Position numbers and translations under genes: made by a program. Shown here in pieces: positions 1 to 9,458 of a stretch of 64,000 nucleotides of DNA. Positions within the stretch are counted from its first letter, which is position 1; the number at the start of each line of letters is the position of its first letter. The stretch spans positions 32,001-96,000 of IMG/VR virus record IMGVR_UViG_3300028603_000001, one strand, 5' to 3'. Origin of the DNA: a virus. Lineage: Duplodnaviria > Caudoviricetes. The notes below the pieces were generated by a model that was not told the origin of the DNA, did not search any database, and saw nothing but the letters and a program-made list of their open reading frames with translations.

Positions 1-1136
1 AGTTCAACTTCTTTTATTACAGCTAATTTGTCAAATGGATCTTTATTTTTTATTGCATTAAATATATCTAAATGAGCGGTTAGAAAATTTTTAAATGATT
101 CTTCTGCAGAATCTCCGGGAAATGTTCGATCATCATTACCATCTAGAAACTCTAGAACAGAATTATTCCTAATTTGAACTTGCCAATTAAATGTCCTATT
201 TTGTGAGCCTCTGTTCTTTGTTTTATGCATAAAACAAAACAATCTTCCGCGTCCGTTTGTATATCTTCTCCAATACATATCTGAATCAGGATCTCCAGTG
301 CACCATTTCATATTATTTGAGGTAGAGCGCCCACCACTTATAGCTACAGAAGCTGCGTGAGATAATGGTTCAATTATATCATACTCTAATGTTGATCCAA
401 TTAGTTTAAAGCTATCTTTAACAGCAAATCCAGTTTCTTCATCAATTTCTTCATTCTCTTTAAGTTCTGTAACTAAATTAGACTCAGGTCCAGATGACAT
501 ATAATCAACAAATTCTGCAACTGATTTATATGAAGTTAATTGCTGTTTTTCTTTAGGTAAAGTATTTTTAATCTCATAATAATTTTTGCAAGCTTTTGCT
601 ACTTCTTGTTTATTGTTTAGTATATTTTCTTTTTTTCTATAAGCACCTAAAAGCAGATTCTTTGCTATTTCTCCTATTGATGTTTTTGTTGTTTTTTCAT
701 CTAAAGAGATAATCGCATCAAAATCTTCTCTAGAAATATCTGTGTAGTATTTATCATATATCTGTGTTATAGGATCTACTTCTTTATCATCTAAATCTAC
801 CTGTGCTGTATCTGGGTTTTCTACATAGGTTATAAAATCAGCAACTGATCTATAGCTTGTTACTTTTGGGTACTTAGCGATATTGCTATAGAATTTTTCT
901 AAAGCTTTTTCTAATCGGTTAAGATCACTCATAAAATCTTTTTCACCATCTCTATATTTTGGTAATATTAGCTGTTTTGTAACAAACCCCATAGATCTAA
1001 CTTCATCACCACTATATGTTGTTTTTGGATCTGTTTTTACGATGGCATCAAAAGTTTCTCTGTCGATCATGGACCAGTTCCTGTTATATTCATCATCTAT
1101 CTTTGCTTCATTTAAAATATCTAGTAAAGTTATCAT
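1..1136 (-). CDS. Hypothetical protein, truncated at the left edge; two ~105-aa internal repeats plus a 'KWCT' (PcfJ-like) domain; probable head-packaged protein
   Basis: Not in the ORF track. Translated by hand from ATG 1136 (RBS AAGGAG): MITLLDILNEAKIDDEYNRNW..., open to the window edge. Repeat units IDRETFDAIVKTDPKTT...TSYRSVADFITY and ISREDFDAIISLDEKTT...TSYKSVAEFVDY. Confidence 0.85.
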   Translation of the reverse strand, partial: MITLLDILNEAKIDDEYNRNWSMIDRETFDAIVKTDPKTTYSGDEVRSMGFVTKQLILPKYRDGEKDFMSDLNRLEKALEKFYSNIAKYPKVTSYRSVADFITYVENPDTAQVDLDDKEVDPITQIYDKYYTDISREDFDAIISLDEKTTKTSIGEIAKNLLLGAYRKKENILNNKQEVAKACKNYYEIKNTLPKEKQQLTSYKSVAEFVDYMSSGPESNLVTELKENEEIDEETGFAVKDSFKLIGSTLEYDIIEPLSHAASVAISGGRSTSNNMKWCTGDPDSDMYWRRYTNGRGRLFCFMHKTKNRGSQNRTFNWQVQIRNNSVLEFLDGNDDRTFPGDSAEESFKNFLTAHLDIFNAIKNKDPFDKLAVIKEVE

Positions 1137-1147
1137 ATAATTTCTCC

Positions 1148-2242
1148 TTAATTATATTTGGAATTATGTATGGAATTATATCTGGCTCCATTTTGTAATG
1201 TCCCGTAGAATATATTTTTTCCTATTTTGCAATCTAATGGAATTTTTATTTTTTCCTTTAAATTCATGAGTGCAAAAGCTCCTTTTCCTATTTCTTTTAT
1301 TGAATCAGGTAAATATATTTTATCTATGTTTGGATTAGCATAAAAAGCAAATTGAGCTATCTTAGTAACAGGTATGTTATCTATAGTGCTTGGTATGGTT
1401 AACGTCCCCTCGAAAGATGGGTTTATTCCTAGAATCGCTATTCCTTCTCTTTCTTTTCTGTATTTTAAATTTCTAATTAATGCTTGACGCTCTTGCTCAA
1501 TTCTTCTGTTTTCATCTTCTTCAGCTTCTTTTTTTCGCCTAGTGATCTCATCTTGATGGATATAAGTTATTTTTTCTAACTCTTTCCCATGCCAAGAATC
1601 ATGCCAACCACTTGGTTTTTCAATCCAATCTACACTAATAGATTGAACATTGCTAAAAGCATTTTCAGGTACAGTTTTAACATCTTCACCTATTTTAAGA
1701 TTAATAACAGTCATAAAATCAAAAGCTCCCTTTTTAATAGCTGTTATCTGCGGAAACTTTGTTAGATCTAGGTCTGTAATTATGTCATCAGCTGTTAGTT
1801 GGGGTAACACTGCTTCTAGAACATTATTTCTAATTATTAAATTACCGATAGCGCCATCAACCTTGATATTGGGAATCAAGAATAAAGGAATTATTTCTTT
1901 TTGCGGGTGAGCTTCAAAAAGAAAATTGGTATAAAGTTCTACCTCTCCTTCGCTGCTTTTTATAGTTATTCTAGATGAAGCTTGGGAAATACTGACTGCT
2001 CCAGCATATACGTTTCGAGTATTTTCTTTTGCGAAAAAATATAGTTTTTGGTGTTCATTTATATTAGAATTAAATGTAGCTTCATTTCGAACATATGCTT
2101 GACCAGCTCGCGTATCTGAATTACCATTAAAAAATTCTTGTGCTGCTTCGTAAGTTAAGATATCAAATAGATCATACCCTTTAGCTGTTCCTATATGGAT
2201 AGCATTTTCAATATTTACCGCTTCTTTTAAATTTTTAGGCAT
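1148..2242 (-). CDS. BspA-type leucine-rich repeat protein; N-terminal domain paralogous to the neighbouring gene
   Basis: LRR_5-like units ITAIKKGAF, VKTVPENAF, IPSTIDNIPVTKIAQFAF, LPDSIKEIGKGAF; RBS AAGGAG. Confidence 0.75.
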   Translation of the reverse strand: MPKNLKEAVNIENAIHIGTAKGYDLFDILTYEAAQEFFNGNSDTRAGQAYVRNEATFNSNINEHQKLYFFAKENTRNVYAGAVSISQASSRITIKSSEGEVELYTNFLFEAHPQKEIIPLFLIPNIKVDGAIGNLIIRNNVLEAVLPQLTADDIITDLDLTKFPQITAIKKGAFDFMTVINLKIGEDVKTVPENAFSNVQSISVDWIEKPSGWHDSWHGKELEKITYIHQDEITRRKKEAEEDENRRIEQERQALIRNLKYRKEREGIAILGINPSFEGTLTIPSTIDNIPVTKIAQFAFYANPNIDKIYLPDSIKEIGKGAFALMNLKEKIKIPLDCKIGKNIFYGTLQNGARYNSIHNSKYN

Positions 2243-2278
2243 AATATATCTCCTTGTATTTATAAATCATTATCATCT

Positions 2279-2287
2279 AATTTAGCA
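2279..2287 (-). promoter_or_regulatory. Putative late promoter TGCTAAATT
   Basis: Recurrent motif, ~37 nt upstream of ATG 2242. Confidence 0.7.
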
Positions 2288-2288
2288 A

Positions 2289-2319
2289 AGAAGCTTTCAA
2301 CTATATATTGAAAGCTTCT
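2289..2319 (-). terminator. Hairpin, probable terminator
   Basis: 12-bp inverted repeat AGAAGCTTTCAA/TTGAAAGCTTCT just after the stop of the 415-aa gene. Confidence 0.55.
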
Positions 2320-2336
2320 GTATTTAACAATATAAT

Positions 2337-3584
2337 TTAAAATAAAGATGTTCCTTTGTTTCCTATCATATAAATCTTCTTCAAATAGAAATTTAATGGC
2401 TGAGCAGCAGAAACGATCTCTCTTCCATCTGGACCTAACTTAACCCTATCTTCTCTTCCATTTAATAAATCATTTTGTCTTGAAGGAGTCAAATATTGAG
2501 CAACTTCCTGTTTTGTCGCTTCTTTTAATTCACCACCATCAATACTTATGAAATATTTATTTCTAGCTCTGCTATTTCTAGCTACTAATGGTACTAAAAC
2601 TAAGTCACCACTGGCTTTGCTTCTAAATAAGCTTCGATGTTCACCTGTATGTTCTAACCAAGAAGGTGTGGATCTCTTAGGCTCAATTTCAAACTCTGGA
2701 TTTTCTCTATAACTAGTCATTTGTTTATTATGAGCTTTTGTTTTTTTAGAATCTTGATATCTTTCTAAATAAAGTCCAGTTATTTCAGAACATTTAACAA
2801 TTTGAACTGTTGGGTTAGCTTCTCCTGTGGTTTTATCTATATGATCTCTGCTTCCCTCTTTAAATTTACTAGCAACAGGAATTTCAGTTACAAATCCGAT
2901 AGTGAATGTTAGTGATGCTGGGCCTCTATCTTTTGTTGCTTTTGGTACTGAGTCGATAAAATCTAAAATTTCTTTCTCATCTAGTATTTCTACAGGTGAT
3001 GGAAAATCAATATTCTCTGTTAAAGATTCAGTTACTGATAGTGTTCCTAGATAAAAAGGTGAAACAGGTAAGTCGTCTAAATCTTCCTCATTTTCAATAG
3101 CTATCTTCTCTTTATACTTATCAGGAATAAGGTCAAAATATACTGGCTCTCCTTGTGGAACAATAATATTAAAATATACTATATCACCTTGTCGTGTCTT
3201 AAAATATTGAAGGCCATATTTCTCGGCAACTCTTTTAGCTTCTGCGAAAAAAGTATCTTCTTTTATATTCTTTGGATCTCTGATTCCAGTCTTATCATAT
3301 CTAACCTTTATAATACTGTCAGAATATTTTGTTCTTCCTAGTTTTGTTGCTATCTGATCTGGGTTATATTTTCCTTTTTTACCATCGTTACAAATAGCAA
3401 ACATTTCATTATCACCAACATCAACTAATGTGCAATAAACTTGGTCCCATAAATCTTCTAATTTTTTAAGTTTTGGGCGAGCTGCTGTAACGCTTTCAAC
3501 TACGCCTCTTTTATGTTTACGATTGCGCATTTTATTCGTATCGCTAATTCGTAATTTTCTCATTGCTTCTTGAATTGAATCCAT
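2337..3584 (-). CDS. Hypothetical protein, probable head-packaged protein
   Basis: 415-aa ORF with RBS AAGGAG; IQEA, VVES and LTEN motifs; late motif upstream. Confidence 0.7.
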   Translation of the reverse strand: MDSIQEAMRKLRISDTNKMRNRKHKRGVVESVTAARPKLKKLEDLWDQVYCTLVDVGDNEMFAICNDGKKGKYNPDQIATKLGRTKYSDSIIKVRYDKTGIRDPKNIKEDTFFAEAKRVAEKYGLQYFKTRQGDIVYFNIIVPQGEPVYFDLIPDKYKEKIAIENEEDLDDLPVSPFYLGTLSVTESLTENIDFPSPVEILDEKEILDFIDSVPKATKDRGPASLTFTIGFVTEIPVASKFKEGSRDHIDKTTGEANPTVQIVKCSEITGLYLERYQDSKKTKAHNKQMTSYRENPEFEIEPKRSTPSWLEHTGEHRSLFRSKASGDLVLVPLVARNSRARNKYFISIDGGELKEATKQEVAQYLTPSRQNDLLNGREDRVKLGPDGREIVSAAQPLNFYLKKIYMIGNKGTSLF

Positions 3585-3618
3585 ACTTATCTCCTTTTGT
3601 TATAATTATATTACAAAT

Positions 3619-3627
3619 AATTTAGCA
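3619..3627 (-). promoter_or_regulatory. Putative late promoter TGCTAAATT
   Basis: Motif upstream of ATG 3584. Confidence 0.7.
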
Positions 3628-3633
3628 ATGAGA

Positions 3634-4095
3634 TTATCTATGACCACTTATATGTTCAAAAGCTACTAAATCTGCTTTTATAAGTTTTAATAATTTTAAA
3701 CACGGGATTAGATCATAAGTTTTATAATAAGTATTCAGCACTCTAGTTATTTCTTCTGCTCTACTGTGTTTTAAAAACATCTTATTATCATCTAATTTTT
3801 TAGCAAAAAGTAAAATTTGTAAATTTAAAGATGATAAAGTTATTAAAGCTTCAATTGGATTAGTTAATTCTTCTTTTACTAGATTAATATATAAATTAGA
3901 TCTTTTTTTGTTATAATTTTTGCGTAATAATTCATAAAAAACTGATACATCAAATTGCCGATTATCATTTATATATTTTAATACATCATATGGAATTACT
4001 TCTGATTTTAGTAGTTTAGCTATATATGTATCAACATTTTTTCCGCTTTCTTCTATATCAGCAAGCAATAATACTAAATCGTTTTTTGTTAGCAT
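3634..4095 (-). CDS. Hypothetical helical protein downstream of the portal
   Basis: 153-aa ORF, RBS GAAAGGA. Confidence 0.7.
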   Translation of the reverse strand: MLTKNDLVLLLADIEESGKNVDTYIAKLLKSEVIPYDVLKYINDNRQFDVSVFYELLRKNYNKKRSNLYINLVKEELTNPIEALITLSSLNLQILLFAKKLDDNKMFLKHSRAEEITRVLNTYYKTYDLIPCLKLLKLIKADLVAFEHISGHR

Positions 4096-4124
4096 TCTTT
4101 TGTTTTGTCCTTTCTTTTCAGATA

Positions 4125-6002
4125 TTAGTCTTCAATACTATCTAACCCTAGCTCTTCAGGAGTTGGAAGGTAAGAATCTTCTTCTTCATCTTCGGCTGTT
4201 TCATTTAAAAGGTCTTTAGTTTCTTCTTGATGGAAAGATTCTAATGGTGCTAGTTCTGCTTCAGGTTCAGATAAGTCTAATCCTGAATCTGATTCAAAAT
4301 CAATATCTTCTGAGTTGTTATCATCAGCTTTTTCATTATTTTCTTCTTCTTTAGCTTTTAATATATCAATATAATCATGAATATAACTAATTACTTCTGG
4401 GTTACCAATAACGTCTCCTAATAATGATTTAAGTATTTCTAATCTTATAATTTTATCTTCAATATCACTGAGTTGTTGCATTATATCACTAATATATCTT
4501 AGTCTATTATCATTATTAGCTCTTCTATCTAATTCTTCTTGTGTAACAGGTGCTTGCATTCTAACTCTAAACTTATTTACATAGCTATCTAAGCCTCTGT
4601 CGATTAAGAATAGGTTTATAACATCAATCATCATTTGGCATAAAATATTTTGAATATTTTTTATTGATTTACCATATCGGCTAGATAATATTGTCAAAGA
4701 TGTTCCACCGTTAAATCCAGCACCGTCATCTGTGAACCCAAAGAATTGTTTTGGAACTTTTAAATTACCGAATAATTTGTCTCTGAAATATTCAATATCA
4801 ACTAAAGATTTAGGATCAAAATCGCCACCAAGTGTTGTCGCACTTATTGTTCCCTGTGTTCCATGAACTGGTACATATATGGTATTTTCAATAGGTGCTG
4901 GGTTAGTATATTCAGCCATTCCTGTTCCTACATCTAAAGCAGTTTTTTGTTCTAGCTTATCTTTTAATCTTTGCATAAATACCTGAACTTGATTTTTAGG
5001 CATATCACCTACATCTACGGTAATTATACGTGTTACTGCTGATTTTGTAACTCGGTTTAGTAAAGCAGACATCTCGAGTAATGTTAGTTGTCGCCAATTT
5101 CTAAATGAATTATATAGAATTGATTGACCTCGTTTAACACTGTATGTGCTTGTCATACTATCACTTTTATTTTGAGCTTCTTCTGACAATGAGTCTAAAA
5201 ATATATCTACGGTTTCGGGTTGACGTTGACTAGTTGTTTCTAAACATCCATGAACAAAAGACATAGCATCAAATATCTCAACATCGCTTTGTTTCATCTT
5301 GTATCGCGTTATGTAATTAAACATATTATCATTATGTTGTTGAATAACTCGTGTTGCTGCTTTTATATATCCTTGTGTTTTACCAAATTTTTGTAAATCA
5401 AACATCTCTCCTGGATTATCAACCATTTGAATATAAGGAATGTATTTGTCATTATCTCCATATAATTTTAATTTAACCTCTTCTGTTAAAGGTTCATTGG
5501 TTTTACGAATAATAGATTCATTTAATTTATTCGTTTTAGGGTTATTTTTAAACAATAAATCTTCTTCAACATCGGATTTTCGGAATAAGCGTAAATAAAC
5601 ATCTCCATAGGTAACTAAACAATACGCCCATTGATATAGATGCTTATCAACATTTAATGATTCAAGTAACCATGAAGTATAATTTAAAACTCGAGCATCA
5701 TTAGCTTCTATCCACATTATATCACCATTATCATTTGTTTGCACAACATCTTCAGCATAAGTTTCAAGAACAGCAGCAATAATTGTGTCTTGAGTCATGG
5801 CGTCTATTAGTTGATAAGCTTGTTCTCTGTTTTGCGCACTTTGGGTTAATGCGTCTATAGATGATAAATCTAATGTTCCAACTTGCGCAGAATCAAGAAT
5901 ATTGTCTATAAATGTTTTCTCTGTATCAATACCAATTTCTGGGGTTGTTGCAGATATTGGTTTAACTTTAACTTCATTTAAATTAATTTTATTATCGTTC
6001 AT
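4125..6002 (-). CDS. Portal protein (T4 gp20-like)
   Basis: DIEYFRDKLFGNLKVP and RIITVDVGDMP motifs typical of gp20-family portals; directly follows the terminase. Confidence 0.9.
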   Translation of the reverse strand: MNDNKINLNEVKVKPISATTPEIGIDTEKTFIDNILDSAQVGTLDLSSIDALTQSAQNREQAYQLIDAMTQDTIIAAVLETYAEDVVQTNDNGDIMWIEANDARVLNYTSWLLESLNVDKHLYQWAYCLVTYGDVYLRLFRKSDVEEDLLFKNNPKTNKLNESIIRKTNEPLTEEVKLKLYGDNDKYIPYIQMVDNPGEMFDLQKFGKTQGYIKAATRVIQQHNDNMFNYITRYKMKQSDVEIFDAMSFVHGCLETTSQRQPETVDIFLDSLSEEAQNKSDSMTSTYSVKRGQSILYNSFRNWRQLTLLEMSALLNRVTKSAVTRIITVDVGDMPKNQVQVFMQRLKDKLEQKTALDVGTGMAEYTNPAPIENTIYVPVHGTQGTISATTLGGDFDPKSLVDIEYFRDKLFGNLKVPKQFFGFTDDGAGFNGGTSLTILSSRYGKSIKNIQNILCQMMIDVINLFLIDRGLDSYVNKFRVRMQAPVTQEELDRRANNDNRLRYISDIMQQLSDIEDKIIRLEILKSLLGDVIGNPEVISYIHDYIDILKAKEEENNEKADDNNSEDIDFESDSGLDLSEPEAELAPLESFHQEETKDLLNETAEDEEEDSYLPTPEELGLDSIED

Positions 6003-6011
6003 ATTTCTCCT

Positions 6012-7517
6012 TTATAGTATGATTATATCATCATACATAAAATAATCTTCAGTTTTCTTTTGGGCATCCGATGGGTGCATCCGATCTGGTTTTAATCTCC
6101 CATTAATCATTTTTAACTCTTCTTCCATGTTTAATGTTAATTGCTTAATATCATCTGAGAAACTATTATCTTCATTTATCTGCAATAACTGTTCAGCGCT
6201 TTCACCATATTCATAAGCGAACTGTTCAGCATGCTTACTTGCGTTAAATATTGATCCACAAACAGCATCGCAGACATCTTTCGCTCCACCGCTCGGGTGA
6301 TCTATTTTACCAGTATTGATATTACGCTCTAGATTAATTATCTGATGTATAAGCATCCTGTCATCGTACATCTCTAATCTTTTTTCATATATAGTTGATT
6401 TGAAATATTGGTAAGGAACACACACATGGTTTGTATCAACACGATCGACCGATAACACAGAATATGGATAACCTTTAGCTCTTAACGTCTCACCAGTATC
6501 ATAAGATTGATATGTATCTGTTGTTATCCCTCTTATATTAAAACCTTTGCTTTTTAACCAGTAAATAAAGTTTCTATTTTTTTCAAAACTTATATGTCTC
6601 CCTCTTGGAGCTTTAATACTAACACTAAAAGCTAAAGAATAAAACAAATCTTTACTTTGGTCTAAATCTATTTGAGAATGTTTTTTTCCTCGTATAAATA
6701 TTCCTGCGATTCCAGTCATATCTCCTGAATAAGACATATCTAAATGTATAAATAGTGGTTTATATCTTAAAGCTGGGTCAATTTTATCTAGATCAAAGAA
6801 ATTATAATATTGAACTTCTGCATCATCTGGTCCATCACCGATTTCTAATATTTCACGACTGAATGGATTTTTAATTCTGTCTGTTACATTTTCAACCGCA
6901 GCAGCTCCGTTTATATATTTAGAAATGCTTGATGCTGAGATACCTGCAAAATCACATAAAGCTCTATCTATATCATCTAGAAAATCTGGTTTAAAATCTA
7001 TTGGTACATTGATTATTTCACTATACCCTTTTTCTCTATATGCCTCAATATCTTCATCATCTTTCATTACAACAGAATCTAAAAATTTATTTCCTAAAGC
7101 AACTCTAAATGTTGTTTCTGAATAAGTTCCAGGTGGTTTAACTTCCCAAACACTTCCTTCTGAAATATAAACATTATCTTTCTCTGAAATAAGTTTTTTT
7201 CTCATATGTTCTTCAAGAAAAGATTTATCGCTTCTTTTTGATGAAGCCAAGACTAGTAAGGTAGGATTTTTACCACGGTGTACAAATCTTGTTTTCATAC
7301 CTCCGATAGCTGTATCAATCATGTCATTGGCTTTTTTCTTTTGTTTTTCGATATCTTGATTTCTTTGGAATGAAACCTCGTCAAAAAAGCAGTTATGTGA
7401 ACATATATACGCAGTATTTGTTTTGATAAAGAAGTTGTTAAATGGATTAGCATTTATAACATCATAATATTTTTTAGGGGCATCTAAGTGATTTATCTTT
7501 ATACTTTTAATTCTCAT
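6012..7517 (-). CDS. Terminase large subunit, C-terminal half, preceded by a 42-aa C-intein
   Basis: YYDV...NNF...CSHN|CFFDE (intein blocks F/G, +1 Cys, then Walker B); nuclease motifs IHLDMS, TDTYQS, KIDHP.GGAKDVCDAV. Confidence 0.9.
   Translation of the reverse strand: MRIKSIKINHLDAPKKYYDVINANPFNNFFIKTNTAYICSHNCFFDEVSFQRNQDIEKQKKKANDMIDTAIGGMKTRFVHRGKNPTLLVLASSKRSDKSFLEEHMRKKLISEKDNVYISEGSVWEVKPPGTYSETTFRVALGNKFLDSVVMKDDEDIEAYREKGYSEIINVPIDFKPDFLDDIDRALCDFAGISASSISKYINGAAAVENVTDRIKNPFSREILEIGDGPDDAEVQYYNFFDLDKIDPALRYKPLFIHLDMSYSGDMTGIAGIFIRGKKHSQIDLDQSKDLFYSLAFSVSIKAPRGRHISFEKNRNFIYWLKSKGFNIRGITTDTYQSYDTGETLRAKGYPYSVLSVDRVDTNHVCVPYQYFKSTIYEKRLEMYDDRMLIHQIINLERNINTGKIDHPSGGAKDVCDAVCGSIFNASKHAEQFAYEYGESAEQLLQINEDNSFSDDIKQLTLNMEEELKMINGRLKPDRMHPSDAQKKTEDYFMYDDIIIL
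7392..7517 (-). mobile_element. Split intein, C-terminal part (IntC)
   Basis: MRIKSIK...YDV...NNF...SHN, ending His-Asn before Cys. Confidence 0.85.
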
Positions 7518-8724
7518 TTTTATATCCCCATATTAAATTTTCAATTATATATTTAAATTTTTTAATTGTGCGTTTAGAATATCCTTTATTTTCAATATTT
7601 CTAATGGCTGAACCTGAAATATCGGGGTAACCATTCTCTTTTAGATATGTTACTAAATCATTTCTACACTCAAATCTAATATTATTAAAAATATAATATT
7701 TGGTAGCGTTAGTGTTATTACCACCGGTTCTTAAATAACCTTTTCCATACATTGAATTTTTACAACCCTTGTGTGCTTCTGATTTACGCAACATAGCATC
7801 TTTATCATTATAATAATTGGTCATATTGTGAGCTTTTCTAGCTGTAATATTTCCTTTTTCCCATCCATTGGGTATCTCTAAGGATTTATCAATAAATTTT
7901 ACTAGCTCACCATTGTTTATTGCTATTTTATCTTTAAGTGTCTGATATCCGCTATGATTTAGCTTTTTAGCTGATGAGCTCATCTTTGTTTTTGTTTCAT
8001 CAGACAATATTTTACCTCTATTCCCAACGCTTATTTTAGCTTTAGTGTCAGGGCTCAAACGCTTGCCTCGGTTTATATCAGATAATTTTTTACGGTGTCC
8101 AGCTGTTTTAGGTCTTCCTTTAAGCGCAGCACTAATGCGAGCTCTTGAAACCTCACCTAGATCCCCACCTTGTCCACCATCTGCAATATTATATCCGATA
8201 GTAGAATCATTAGAATTGAACTTTTTAATATATTCCTTCTCACCGTTATTTAAATCATTTTTGGAAGCATAAAGCTGCAGAATTTCGCATTTGAAATTAT
8301 TTATACCATATTTTTTTACGGCTTTATTTAAAGCAAAACCACTTCCTAAATAATTTGAATCTAAAAATGCTTTTTTATGTTGACCGATATATATCTTTCC
8401 ATTAATCAAATTTGTTGTTTTATAGACATACCCATATGGGATAAAATCTAATATCTCATCTGCTTCAGTTAACTTTTGAGCTTCTTTATAAGAACCATCT
8501 ACTAACCTAAATCTATGAGTTGGGGTGCATTTTATAATGCTACCATCTTCTAGTTCTATTTCATATTCGATGCTAGATTCTGCTGTTTGTTTAACGGTAC
8601 ATTCATCGCTTATTATAAATTTATGATCATCTGATAAAGTGGGAACTTTAATTTTCTTGTCTAATAAATCCTCAATTTTGAATGTTCCATTTGTTGTTAA
8701 AATTTCGGTGTTTCCTTCAAGACA
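7507..8724 (-). mobile_element. Split intein N-part (~8724-8445) with in-frame GIY-YIG/NUMOD3 endonuclease (~8440-7507)
   Basis: Cys1 codon at 8724; block B TxxH; GIY-YIG motif follows with no intervening stop. Confidence 0.85.
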
Positions 8725-9387
8725 AAAATATATAGGCAAACCAATTAAATCATCAGCTTGTGAACCTATTTTAATATCAACAGCTTCTTGGTTATTGAAT
8801 TTTTGTGGTACCCATACTTTATTTGTTCTTCCTTCAATTGTTCCATGCTTTAAAAACCAAGGACTAGATTGAATAGTGTTTTGAAATTTAGCTATACCTA
8901 TTTCTTCTGCTAAGTCTTTTTTGATATTCATAAACGCAAAAACAAGCTTTTCAGTAGGTTTTAAGTGAAAATAAGCTATTGGATCTTTTAAGCATAATAC
9001 CCTGTGGAGAAGATAAGCAGCTATTAATACAGCTATCTCTGTTTTTCCACGACCACGAGACCCAGAGAGGATAGCGTTATTGATTGAAGTTGTCAAATTA
9101 TCTGGGAATATTTTTACTAGCTCTTCTCTCCAATATGGGTATAATTTAGATTTACCTTCACTATCATGCCATGCGTTTCCTAAATATTCATAATTATCTA
9201 CAAAGGTTAAGATATCAACCGGAATTTCATTGTAATCTTCAAGTAATAGTTTGTTTAACTGCTCTGATGTACCTTCTTTAGAATACTCTTCTAAAATAGC
9301 AAGAGCTAACTCTTTTTCTTCTGGTGATAATGATTCTAGCAAAGATAGATCCAGATTTTGGTTATTTATATTTGTTTTGCTGACCAA
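7507..9387 (-). CDS. Terminase large subunit N-terminal half, fused to N-intein and a GIY-YIG homing endonuclease
   Basis: TTG start with AGGAG; LYPYW Q-motif region, Walker A GSRGRGKT; intein CLEGNTEI...CTPTHRF; GYVY...IYIGQH...YLGSG plus NUMOD3-like repeats. Confidence 0.9.
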   Translation of the reverse strand: MVSKTNINNQNLDLSLLESLSPEEKELALAILEEYSKEGTSEQLNKLLLEDYNEIPVDILTFVDNYEYLGNAWHDSEGKSKLYPYWREELVKIFPDNLTTSINNAILSGSRGRGKTEIAVLIAAYLLHRVLCLKDPIAYFHLKPTEKLVFAFMNIKKDLAEEIGIAKFQNTIQSSPWFLKHGTIEGRTNKVWVPQKFNNQEAVDIKIGSQADDLIGLPIYFCLEGNTEILTTNGTFKIEDLLDKKIKVPTLSDDHKFIISDECTVKQTAESSIEYEIELEDGSIIKCTPTHRFRLVDGSYKEAQKLTEADEILDFIPYGYVYKTTNLINGKIYIGQHKKAFLDSNYLGSGFALNKAVKKYGINNFKCEILQLYASKNDLNNGEKEYIKKFNSNDSTIGYNIADGGQGGDLGEVSRARISAALKGRPKTAGHRKKLSDINRGKRLSPDTKAKISVGNRGKILSDETKTKMSSSAKKLNHSGYQTLKDKIAINNGELVKFIDKSLEIPNGWEKGNITARKAHNMTNYYNDKDAMLRKSEAHKGCKNSMYGKGYLRTGGNNTNATKYYIFNNIRFECRNDLVTYLKENGYPDISGSAIRNIENKGYSKRTIKKFKYIIENLIWGYKNEN

Positions 9388-9434
9388 GTTATTTCTCCTG
9401 CCTTTCTCTAAAATTTTTCAAGTTTTTCACTAAT

Positions 9435-9458
9435 ATCATACAATTTTAATTGTATAAT
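9435..9458. promoter_or_regulatory. Back-to-back pair of ATTGTAT motifs forming a palindrome upstream of the terminase
   Basis: ATACAATT-TT-AATTGTAT at 9438-9455. Confidence 0.5.

Noticed and set aside
7505-8724. Group I intron or pseudogene explanation for the broken terminase
   Set aside because: Clear intein blocks at both junctions and precise restoration of Walker B; no non-coding space for an intron core
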